From: an uncultured bacterium
GTDB taxonomy: Bacteria; CSSED10-310; CAZUFC01
Direction: 5' to 3'
DNA length: 48,956 bases
Assembly (NCBI GenBank): GCA_964619725.1
Contig: CAZUFC010000002.1
Span: 1 to 48,956, forward strand
A model generated the notes under the pieces. It saw only the letters and a program-made list of their open reading frames with translations. It did not search any database and was not told where the DNA came from. The translations under genes were made by a program, and so were the position numbers. Each line of letters begins with the position of its first letter. The stretch's first letter is position 1. Shown here piece after piece: positions 37,261 through 45,816 of the stretch.

Positions 37261-37503
37261 GTCTGTTACCTCCATCTCCTTAATGTGCATTCAATCATTA
37301 CCTGATCTTTGAATGCCGACTTTCTTGATACAAAATTATGGAAAAAGATGCAACATTTTTTTCCTTTTTCTGCTTTGCTGCGAAATTCCACGAAACAAAA
37401 GCTTCATTTTTACTCCAGTCCCCTCGACAAAAGTAAAAATGAAACACCCCTTACCGAAAAACGGCTGTCCGCCGGCGCTCCCCATTCTCCGCCTGCAGGT
37501 TCT

Positions 37504-39393
37504 TCAGTTAATAAAAACCCGTCTGGGCGGAGTTCTCCGTGACCCCAGCGGCTCGATGTAAATTTCAACAGACCTGCCGTTCCCAGACTTTGCCGGAAGC
37601 GTGTCGATAACTTCCTGATCAGCCGAGGTTGAATCGACCACGTAACCCAGGGCCTGCAATTCCTGTAATTTACCTTCATCCAGGACGGCCGGAACGGCTC
37701 CGGAAAAATCCTCGCCCGAATCAATCACGTAAAACAGAAATACGCCGGATCGTTTAAAGTCCCAATCCGGCGGTTGATTCGGGTCTAATTTCAGATCATC
37801 GGATGATATTCTGCGTTTTGCGCCGACGGCTTTTTGTCCCGGACCTATGAAAATCCGCTTTTCCAATGTTTTTGCCGATTGCTTCTGAAGTTTGATCGAC
37901 AGGGCGAGCATATCATTGCCTGTTTTCATTGAAAGAGAATCATGATCAATAAGTTCAACCCCGGAATGATTTATAAACAGGCATGATATTCTGCCTTCTT
38001 CTTCTGACTCTAACGTGTCCTCATTTTCTATATTCCACTTCCTGAAGGAAAAGGGTTCAAAATCGGTCAAAACAGCCCCGTAACCCTCCTGATCCATATT
38101 ATGCTGAACTCTGATCACCAGACTGCCGCTCATCATATTGAAAAAGTCCCGAAGTATGCTTTTCTTCATCTGGAATTCGACTTCAGGCACATGCACACGT
38201 CCTGTTTCTGCGGGATCGAGCGCCATGTCGAATGATTCCCAAAAATCTCGCCGGCCCTTAAGAAGGGGAGACAAATTCAGCATGAGTTTGCGATTTCCCT
38301 GGACGATCATGAAGTTTTCATGTTTCGGCTCCTGTGCGATGACCGCTCCTTTATCCGGTTTGTTCTCGTTATTTGTTCTTCCGGCACGAATTTTCTCATC
38401 AAACTTCTCCAAAGGTTCTATCGAAGATCGTTCCCTCATCAGTTTCACGACATTTTTCAGACTGATCGACTCGCAGTTTATCATGCCCGCAGGATAATCC
38501 GGTCCTATGGCGATCAGGGGTATCCGTACCATTTCCTCATACAGAGATACTCCATGATGAAAATGCTGGTGATCGCCGAAAGCTTCGCCGTGATCGGAAA
38601 AAAGAATGATGTAAGTATCATCATAAGACGGACTGTTGACCAAAAAGGTTAAAAATGCTTCCAGCGATTTATCGGTTTCCTCCAAAGCTGCCTGGTAAAG
38701 CGACCGGATATAGGATATATCTTCTTCGCTGAAATCCTTGCCCCCTTTCCCAAAAGCTTCCAGGATTGACGAGCCGTCCGGGCTGTATTCTCCGTCGTAT
38801 TTTGTGCGGAGTCTCTTCAGATATCCGGGTTTTCTCATGAAATAGTCGTGAATCTCATAAGTATGTATGAACAAAAAATAAGGTTCTGGATTTTCCTGCA
38901 TCATCCATTCTGCAGCCCTGCTGAACGCCTCCCTTGCCTCTTTATGGTGATCCTCGTAAACTGTGAACCCCCGGTCCATGCCGTATTTTCCGCTCAAAAA
39001 ACCGCCCCCGGTAAAACCCGCCGTGCGATACCCCGCTTTCCTCATTACCTCAGGCAACCATCCCAGATCATCTGAAATTGCATAATTCTCCTCCGTTACG
39101 GCATGTTGGCCGGGCAGTAATCCGCTGAAAAGAGAAACATGCGCCGGCAGCGTCCAGGCCGAATTGCTCCAGGCTTTAAGAAAAACCGTCCCCAACGCCG
39201 CACTCATATTCAGTCCCGGCGTCTTCGACTCACTGTTCCCGTAAACCGGCACTGCGTCCGCCCTCAATGTATCCAGGCTGATGAGAATGAAATTCGGTTT
39301 TTCGATGTCCCTGAAAGCATTACAGGAAATAAAAAGCATGATGGAAAATGTGAAAATTATGAAAAATTTTGATGAAACCGAAAATTGACTCAT
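37504..39393 (-). CDS. Sulfatase/alkaline-phosphatase superfamily lipoprotein with Thr at the nucleophile position
   Basis: Lipobox-like FISC. NFILISLDTLRAD, WTLPAHVSLFSG, HTYEIH, SDHGE, HGVSLYEEMVRIPL, LQALGYV. Confidence 0.85.
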   Translation of the reverse strand: MSQFSVSSKFFIIFTFSIMLFISCNAFRDIEKPNFILISLDTLRADAVPVYGNSESKTPGLNMSAALGTVFLKAWSNSAWTLPAHVSLFSGLLPGQHAVTEENYAISDDLGWLPEVMRKAGYRTAGFTGGGFLSGKYGMDRGFTVYEDHHKEAREAFSRAAEWMMQENPEPYFLFIHTYEIHDYFMRKPGYLKRLRTKYDGEYSPDGSSILEAFGKGGKDFSEEDISYIRSLYQAALEETDKSLEAFLTFLVNSPSYDDTYIILFSDHGEAFGDHQHFHHGVSLYEEMVRIPLIAIGPDYPAGMINCESISLKNVVKLMRERSSIEPLEKFDEKIRAGRTNNENKPDKGAVIAQEPKHENFMIVQGNRKLMLNLSPLLKGRRDFWESFDMALDPAETGRVHVPEVEFQMKKSILRDFFNMMSGSLVIRVQHNMDQEGYGAVLTDFEPFSFRKWNIENEDTLESEEEGRISCLFINHSGVELIDHDSLSMKTGNDMLALSIKLQKQSAKTLEKRIFIGPGQKAVGAKRRISSDDLKLDPNQPPDWDFKRSGVFLFYVIDSGEDFSGAVPAVLDEGKLQELQALGYVVDSTSADQEVIDTLPAKSGNGRSVEIYIEPLGSRRTPPRRVFIN

Positions 39394-39470
39394 GATTCCC
39401 CGCCCTCCCCGACATTACTGTTTTTTTTCCAAATAAGTCAATTCTTCACCAAACCGCCGGAATTCCAGAA

Positions 39471-39522
39471 GTCCCTTCTGTCCCTTAGGTCCCTTAGGTC
39501 CCTTAGGTCCCTTTGTCCCTTT
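39471..39522. repeat. Tandem repeat, 6 units of GTCCCTT(AG/CT/T)
   Basis: GTCCCTTCT, three GTCCCTTAG, two GTCCCTTT. Confidence 0.9.
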
Positions 39523-39710
39523 GTATTAAAGCCCATACCAAAATTCAATCAGAACATAATCGTCCCTGATATCGTTCACTTCTTCGTGCAGCATAGCGCC
39601 CCAAAATTTCAGCCCCCTTTTTTAAAAGGACGGAAAAGACCTAAGCAACGGAAAAGTCAACAGAATTTATTGTAAGCTTCAAAAATTCCGGCGTTGAAAA
39701 GTTTTTAATG

Positions 39711-39768
39711 GGCATTTCAATCCATCAAAGGTTTTATGGAAAAGCGCAGCCCCGGTTTGATCAGTCCC
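39711..39768 (-). repeat. Family B element, internally deleted copy
   Basis: CCCCGGTTTGATCAGTCCC is the exact reverse complement of the 23166 end. The other end is a degenerate GGCATTTCAA. Confidence 0.65.
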
Positions 39769-39875
39769 AAAATGTGATATAACTCATCTCATCCAAAGTT
39801 TCGCGCACAGACGGCTAATGAAACAACCTCATTCCTGCCTTGATAGCGGTTCTTTTACCGATTCACTTGAATTCT

Positions 39876-42800
39876 TCAGCGAGACCTCCTGCGTATCATT
39901 AAACCGGCAAAAATCATAACAAGCAAACCGAGCCCCGCAAACGAAGCCGCAGGAATCGACGGAGCAGTCGGGATATCATCTCCGAAATTTTGCAGATAGA
40001 CTTGATTGGTGTTGTTGTCCTCATTGGATTCGTTCACCAGGTCGTATTCGTCTGCAACCGCATAAACCGTCATCTCTTGGAAGGGGTTGTCCCATTGCCA
40101 TTGCAGATCGACGAAAGCATCGTTGGAAATTGAATCGTTGATGTGGAAAGCGTGCAATACAGGACCGTTCAAACTCCCGGAATGCAGAACGACATCAAGA
40201 TTCTCCAGAGGCATTGAACCTTCATTGGCGGCCCTGACGTTGAAAACCAGGGTCGGTCCGGCCTGCTGAGCCGTAATATAGTCAATGACGGCATCCGGTT
40301 TTATGGCAAGCACGGCCACGTTATTTGTACGGTCGCTGTCTTCCTGCTCATAGTAGTAATCCACGATGACGTAAATGTCTTCGATTTCAGACGTCGGAGG
40401 GACGGTCCATTCGGTTAAGGCTTCGATATTCGCGCCGCCGGCAAGCGTTTCCGTCAGGGTTGTTTGCTGTATGAGCGTTCCTCCGTTTTCCGGGTTTCCA
40501 CAGAAAAAGTGCACATCAAGTTCTTCAGCGGGCATGTCGCCCTCATTTCTGATTAAAGCCGTAATGGTTGCCGTATCGCCCGAAGAGGCGTTCGGGGGAT
40601 CAAGCTGAATATCATCCTCATAAACTGCCAAATCACCGCTTATGCCGTACCATAAAGCGTAAAGGTCAACCTGTCCGGGAACGGGAACGTTATCTACGAC
40701 GACTTCTTCTCCTCCTACCTGAACCGTCCGGGTTTCATATTGAATTTGAGCTTTATCATAGAATGCCATCAGCGAACCGTCAGCCTTGAAAACAGGATCA
40801 AAAGCATATTCCATGGAGATATCTTCCGTGACCAGTTGAGGTAACGACCAAATATTCAAACCCGGATCGTAAATCACCGTCCACATATCCACCAGCTCTT
40901 CACTGGCTTCCTGCCACATAACGGCTATTTCACCGTTCAAACTCTCGGCAAGCTCGAAATCAGCCAGCCCTGACGAGGCGCTGTTATCCTGGTCCACAAC
41001 GATATGTCTGTCCGAAAGCGTTATATTCCGGGCCGCTTCTAAATTGCCGTCGCTGTACCATACTATAAGCGGATTGCCCGTGTAATCGTATATCACCTTG
41101 GGATTGGCATCCTCAACGTTATCGTTCGTCAACCTCACAGGAGCGCTCCAGCTCTCTCCATCGAATTCTATGACGAACAGTTCCCGGTCGTCCAGGGTCG
41201 AAACGTCTTCGTCCATATCGCTTGAGTAGACGTAAAGGGCTTCGTCGCCGTCATAATGCATCGACGATTTAATGATGGCGCCGATATTTTCGGCGGCATA
41301 CGCCGGAACCGTCCAGGTCTGGCCGTTGAATACCGTAAAGTTTATTTCATTGGGAGCGGTCGATGAACCGATTTCGTCATTCATCTTGTTGCTGATCCAC
41401 GTCAGCATCGCTTTGCCGTCGTCTGTTCCCGCTGCCAGAGGCGAACGATCCAGGTAATCGTTATCGGTCATGTTCATTTGCGGCATCCATTCGCCTGCAG
41501 CGTATTGATAGAAAGAAACCGCTATTTCAAGATTCTCCATAGTCTCATCGAATTTCTTCAATACAACGCTTTCATCGGCCAGATTTCCTGAATCGCCGAT
41601 CTGCGTTTTGGCGTTTTCCCAGGCCGCAAGGACCATTCCGTTGGAAACGGACGTTATTGCGGGATGATAATCGGCAGTGTCGTCGTCCGCTACCGGCAAA
41701 GGTGAACTCCAGACGCCGCTCTGAGCATCGAAATAGGAGTATATCAGCTCCGTGCGGTCGACGTCTGAGCGTTGCGGATCGTCATATAACCAGATGAGCA
41801 TCAGATTATTTCCGTTCGCTGCAACAGCCGGCATGGATTGCCCGAAAACGTTCAACTGGATGGCCATTTCCACTGTTTCGGCCTTTCCGGTCCGCCGCCC
41901 GTCGAAGTCGTTCGCAGTAAACAGGGCATAATTCTCCTTGTTCAAATAGTCCCTGGACATAACCCGAATAACAGGATCAGCATGATCTACGAGCATCTCC
42001 TTGTCTAACATATCCCAGGAATAATCAAGCAATGGCAGCTCATACGTGATAAACCATAACACGATTCTTACGCCGCCGCTGAGATACAACTGAAGCGACT
42101 GTAAATCCACTGTCTGATGAAATTGAAGACTCATTCGGGCTCCGCCGCCGAGATATCCTTCAACCGCTACTACATCGGCAGCGCCTACGCCCAGGGCCGC
42201 CTCTGCATACGGAAACGGACTAAGGTGGAAAGTAGCATCTCCCCAGAGAGGTACCCCCGGCGCCGACCAGTTGTTTATGGCCAATGAAAGCGACGCTCCT
42301 ACATCAATATGACCTCTCCAGTAGCAGGGTATGCCGAAAAACACGAAGGGTACGGGATGAGGAGGCACATCAGCGCCGATGCTCGCGCCTATCTGCACAT
42401 TGCCTCCCGGCAGCCATCCGTATCCCTCATAATAATCCCAGGCAACCTGAGCGCTTACCGAAGGTTTAAACTTGAATCCCGCAATCTTCGTTTTTAACGA
42501 TTCCCCCGGATCTGGAGAAATTTTTATTCCTGAAGCGGAGCCGTCGCCTTTTACCGTAGCCGAAAAATCAAACGCGCTCGCGAATTTGAATGCCTCCTGG
42601 CCGAACATCGGCATATCTTCGGGTATGACTCCCGCTTCTACTCCCTTGTCGAATTTTATAGGCTGAAAACTCAATTTCGGGGAAACATACTTCAGCGTGC
42701 TGAAGCCGGGCGAATGGTAAAGCAATGAAGGCAATATCCCGGGAGGCGTCTGAATAACCTTGAAATTGACGGGGTATTCTACAGACTGGGCCGGAGGATT

Positions 42801-44435
42801 ATTGCTGACAGCCGTTACTTTCAATCTTCCGCCCGGTCCGAAATCCTGACCCATGTTGAATGTTCTCGAAACGCTGTTGCCGGTGCAGGAATCTACGTAT
42901 GTGTGCTGCGGCGTTTCCCATTCTACCTGGTACGGTTGATGGCCTCCCCAGTTGATGACGGCCGTGAATTCCTCATTCAAAAAGACATCGTCAAGATAAT
43001 AACAGTGCTTGTTGGGACTGCAGTAACGACTCGACACTGATACAACCTGAATCGCTCCGCCTGACATGGGCGTGAGCGCAATATTAACGTTCGTCACTGA
43101 ATCCGCCTGTATCTGCACGGTCTCCACAGCATTGTGGTAACCGAATTTACTCACCGTAACCGTATAATTTCCCGCGTTTAAACTCTGATAAGAAAAATTA
43201 CCCTGGCCGTTCGTCGTCCTCACCGGTTTTCCCGGTATCGTCACCGTCGCGCCCTCAACCGGCGACCCGGTAATGGAATTGTAAACGAATCCGTTCAAAC
43301 CGCCCGTTTGATTAGGATTCTCAGTCGGCGTCGGACTGGAGGTGCCGGAGGGTTGAGTCCCCGTGGGCGTCGGAGTCGGCGTATCCGTTCCCGTGGGTTG
43401 ACTGCCCGTGGGCGTGGGTGTGGGCGTATCCGTTCCCGTCGGCGGCGTGGATGTGCTTGTCGGAGTCCCTGTCGCCGGCGTCGCCGTATTCGTCGGCGTT
43501 GCCGTCGGCGTCGCCGTTCCCGACGGCGCATACGCACTGGGATAAACCGAAATGAAAAAACTCCAGGGAATCTCCGCCGGCGATCCGTTGTGATCGATCG
43601 CCGCATAATCAAATCCCTCCGAACTTAAATTCACGGGACTGGTTATCCGGGGCGTCATTCCCCATTGAGCTGACGTCACCGCCCTCGGTACCCCCGGGAA
43701 ATTCAAATCATACGAAATGTGATCCTCATGCCCGTGCTGACCCAGGCCCGTCTCAATCTTCAATCCCGTCGCCGCATTCACATATTCCGACGGATAAACC
43801 GCAAGCCAGAAAACATAAGCATCCTCAACTTCATTCCCATTGTGGTCTTTTAACGCCAAAATAAATCCGTCACTGTTGTGATCTACCGCACAAGCCATCT
43901 TCGGCACGCCCGATGACTGCGCATTCACCACTACATGCGGCGTCCCCGGAAAATCCTGATTATACTGTACCAAATCATAATGACTGTGAAGGCTGCAGTC
44001 AGCTTCTATCACCAGGCCTGTCGGCGGATCGCGATACTCTTCAGGATAAACCGCTATCCACATTACCCACGCATTCTGTATCACATTCCCGTTGTGGTCC
44101 ATCAGCTTTAAACGGAACCCGTCGCTCGTGTGATCCGCAGCACAAACCAGTAACGGTTGCCATAACTTCTGGGACGACATCACTACCGCCGGCTTCGACG
44201 GAAAATCCAATTCATATGTAATGAAATCATTATGTCCCCACTGACCTAATCCCGTCTCTATCATTAATCCCGTCTCGCGGTCCACCCACGTGTGACGGGA
44301 AGGCGTCAATCCTTCCGGTTCCTCAAGAATCCTCTGCACTCCCTCATAACTATACCCGACAGAACCGAAAGCCAGAAAAAAAATGAAAATAACGACTAAT
44401 CGACTAAACTTTTTATGAACCCCCATATAACACAT
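39876..44435 (-). CDS. Large surface protein: 3x 84-aa lectin-like repeats, P/T linker, carboxypeptidase-regulatory-like domain, propeller-like region, 2x CARDB, IPTL-CTERM-like anchor
   Basis: Start probably ATG 44435 (GGAGG RBS). Repeats TGLxIE..F...P.VV..Q...S.GF....DHNG.....W..VYP. GFVYNSITGSPVEGATV..G.F....L.AGNYTVTVSKFGY. CARDB-like VIVD..EQEDSDRTNN and VADEYDLVNESNEDNN. C-terminus IPAAS-TM-RRRSR. Confidence 0.8.
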   Translation of the reverse strand: MCYMGVHKKFSRLVVIFIFFLAFGSVGYSYEGVQRILEEPEGLTPSRHTWVDRETGLMIETGLGQWGHNDFITYELDFPSKPAVVMSSQKLWQPLLVCAADHTSDGFRLKLMDHNGNVIQNAWVMWIAVYPEEYRDPPTGLVIEADCSLHSHYDLVQYNQDFPGTPHVVVNAQSSGVPKMACAVDHNSDGFILALKDHNGNEVEDAYVFWLAVYPSEYVNAATGLKIETGLGQHGHEDHISYDLNFPGVPRAVTSAQWGMTPRITSPVNLSSEGFDYAAIDHNGSPAEIPWSFFISVYPSAYAPSGTATPTATPTNTATPATGTPTSTSTPPTGTDTPTPTPTGSQPTGTDTPTPTPTGTQPSGTSSPTPTENPNQTGGLNGFVYNSITGSPVEGATVTIPGKPVRTTNGQGNFSYQSLNAGNYTVTVSKFGYHNAVETVQIQADSVTNVNIALTPMSGGAIQVVSVSSRYCSPNKHCYYLDDVFLNEEFTAVINWGGHQPYQVEWETPQHTYVDSCTGNSVSRTFNMGQDFGPGGRLKVTAVSNNPPAQSVEYPVNFKVIQTPPGILPSLLYHSPGFSTLKYVSPKLSFQPIKFDKGVEAGVIPEDMPMFGQEAFKFASAFDFSATVKGDGSASGIKISPDPGESLKTKIAGFKFKPSVSAQVAWDYYEGYGWLPGGNVQIGASIGADVPPHPVPFVFFGIPCYWRGHIDVGASLSLAINNWSAPGVPLWGDATFHLSPFPYAEAALGVGAADVVAVEGYLGGGARMSLQFHQTVDLQSLQLYLSGGVRIVLWFITYELPLLDYSWDMLDKEMLVDHADPVIRVMSRDYLNKENYALFTANDFDGRRTGKAETVEMAIQLNVFGQSMPAVAANGNNLMLIWLYDDPQRSDVDRTELIYSYFDAQSGVWSSPLPVADDDTADYHPAITSVSNGMVLAAWENAKTQIGDSGNLADESVVLKKFDETMENLEIAVSFYQYAAGEWMPQMNMTDNDYLDRSPLAAGTDDGKAMLTWISNKMNDEIGSSTAPNEINFTVFNGQTWTVPAYAAENIGAIIKSSMHYDGDEALYVYSSDMDEDVSTLDDRELFVIEFDGESWSAPVRLTNDNVEDANPKVIYDYTGNPLIVWYSDGNLEAARNITLSDRHIVVDQDNSASSGLADFELAESLNGEIAVMWQEASEELVDMWTVIYDPGLNIWSLPQLVTEDISMEYAFDPVFKADGSLMAFYDKAQIQYETRTVQVGGEEVVVDNVPVPGQVDLYALWYGISGDLAVYEDDIQLDPPNASSGDTATITALIRNEGDMPAEELDVHFFCGNPENGGTLIQQTTLTETLAGGANIEALTEWTVPPTSEIEDIYVIVDYYYEQEDSDRTNNVAVLAIKPDAVIDYITAQQAGPTLVFNVRAANEGSMPLENLDVVLHSGSLNGPVLHAFHINDSISNDAFVDLQWQWDNPFQEMTVYAVADEYDLVNESNEDNNTNQVYLQNFGDDIPTAPSIPAASFAGLGLLVMIFAGLMIRRRSR

Positions 44436-44964
44436 TTGCCTGCCTCCCAATCAATCGTATGATCAAAAAAAATGAATTCTAAATGAAATCTTCCGACGCA
44501 CCCATATCATTCTGATGGTCCGCCGCCTTTATTGAGTTCTTTTATGGTAATTTTTTCTCGGATCATCATAATGATCACCAATTCTTAATTAACAAAAAAT
44601 TTATCATAATGCAAGTAACCCCGAACGATATTGTAGAATTCCTGACCCATGGCTGAGGCTCCGCTTGAAATTCGTTGCAAATCGTTTCCAATAACCCGGG
44701 TATTTTGATCATCGCCGGTTGTTCAGTTAACCATCTGGAAAAATCCGTTCCTTCCGCGATTACTCCCAATCCTGCCGCCTCGACAAAGTATTTTTTGATT
44801 GTTACTATTTTTACGATAACGCCGACTTCAGGCGGGATTATTTCTCAACTTCTTTCGTAAGATTCGACCTGAGCAATCCTGTTTACCGGAAAAAAACTCC
44901 TGCCGGTTCCAAAGTCGGCTGAATCGATAACGATTGCTTATGTCAGCGCAACCGGGAGTGAAAA

Positions 44965-45816
44965 TTGCTTGGAATAATAGGCATAATTGCTCTTTTGACA
45001 GTTTTGGGGCTCTCTATGGTCATAACCCGACTGGCTTCCATAGCTCTGAGCATGACTGGCCTTTCCACTGAATCGGCCCGTTTTCAGGCGCGTTCCGCGT
45101 TCACTGGAACCGGCTTCACCACGCGCGAATCGGAAAAAGTTGTGAGTCATCCCGTCAGGCGCCGAATAATAATGCTCCTGATGATAATGCGCAGCGCCGG
45201 ACTCATGACCATTATAATTTCATTAATTCTTTCTTTCGTGGGGAATTCCGGGGACGTGAGCAAAATGATGAGGTTGTTGTGGCTGATAGTCGGCGTTGGC
45301 TTGATGTGGTTTCTGGTCAACCTGGCCGCCTTTAATAAATATTTCACCCGCATTATGTCGAAAGCATTGAAAAAATGGACCGACCTGGACGTTAAAGATT
45401 ACGCTTCATTGCTCAATCTTGCTGGGGATTATACCGTCATGGAATTACAGGTTAAAAAAAACGACTGGCTCGAATCAAAAAAACTACGTGATTGCAACCT
45501 GCGGCAGGAAGGCGTTACCGTTCTGGGCATAAACCGAAGCGACGGAAGCTATGTAGGCGTACCCAAGCCCGATACTGAATTTTATGAAGGCGATGTTTTG
45601 ATACTGTACGGACGAGGCGATTCAATACGAAACATCGACAAACGGGAAGCCGGCGCCAGAGGCGATATGGAACATGAAACGGCCAGGGGAACCCAGCAGT
45701 CTTACCTGGCTGAACAGGATAGACAGGAACAGCAATTCAAGAGTTCCCGTGAACATAAAGAAAAATCCGAAGATAATGACAAAAACAAAGAAAACAATGC
45801 AAAGGAAAAGAAATGA
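44965..45816 (+). CDS. Membrane protein with K+-transporter pore-like motif and TrkA_C (RCK_C) domain
   Basis: ARFQARSAFTGTGFTTRESEKVVSHPVRRRII and KLRDCNLRQEGVTVLGINR..Y..P.PDT....GDVLILYG. Confidence 0.8.
   Translation: MLGIIGIIALLTVLGLSMVITRLASIALSMTGLSTESARFQARSAFTGTGFTTRESEKVVSHPVRRRIIMLLMIMRSAGLMTIIISLILSFVGNSGDVSKMMRLLWLIVGVGLMWFLVNLAAFNKYFTRIMSKALKKWTDLDVKDYASLLNLAGDYTVMELQVKKNDWLESKKLRDCNLRQEGVTVLGINRSDGSYVGVPKPDTEFYEGDVLILYGRGDSIRNIDKREAGARGDMEHETARGTQQSYLAEQDRQEQQFKSSREHKEKSEDNDKNKENNAKEKK

Noticed and set aside
37261-37500. Heat-shock operator (CIRCE) upstream of clpB
   Set aside because: No TTAGCACTC-N9-GAGTGCTAA match seen.
44575-44940. Minus-strand reading frame with an internal stop, possible pseudogene
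   Set aside because: No recognisable family motif, start or RBS.
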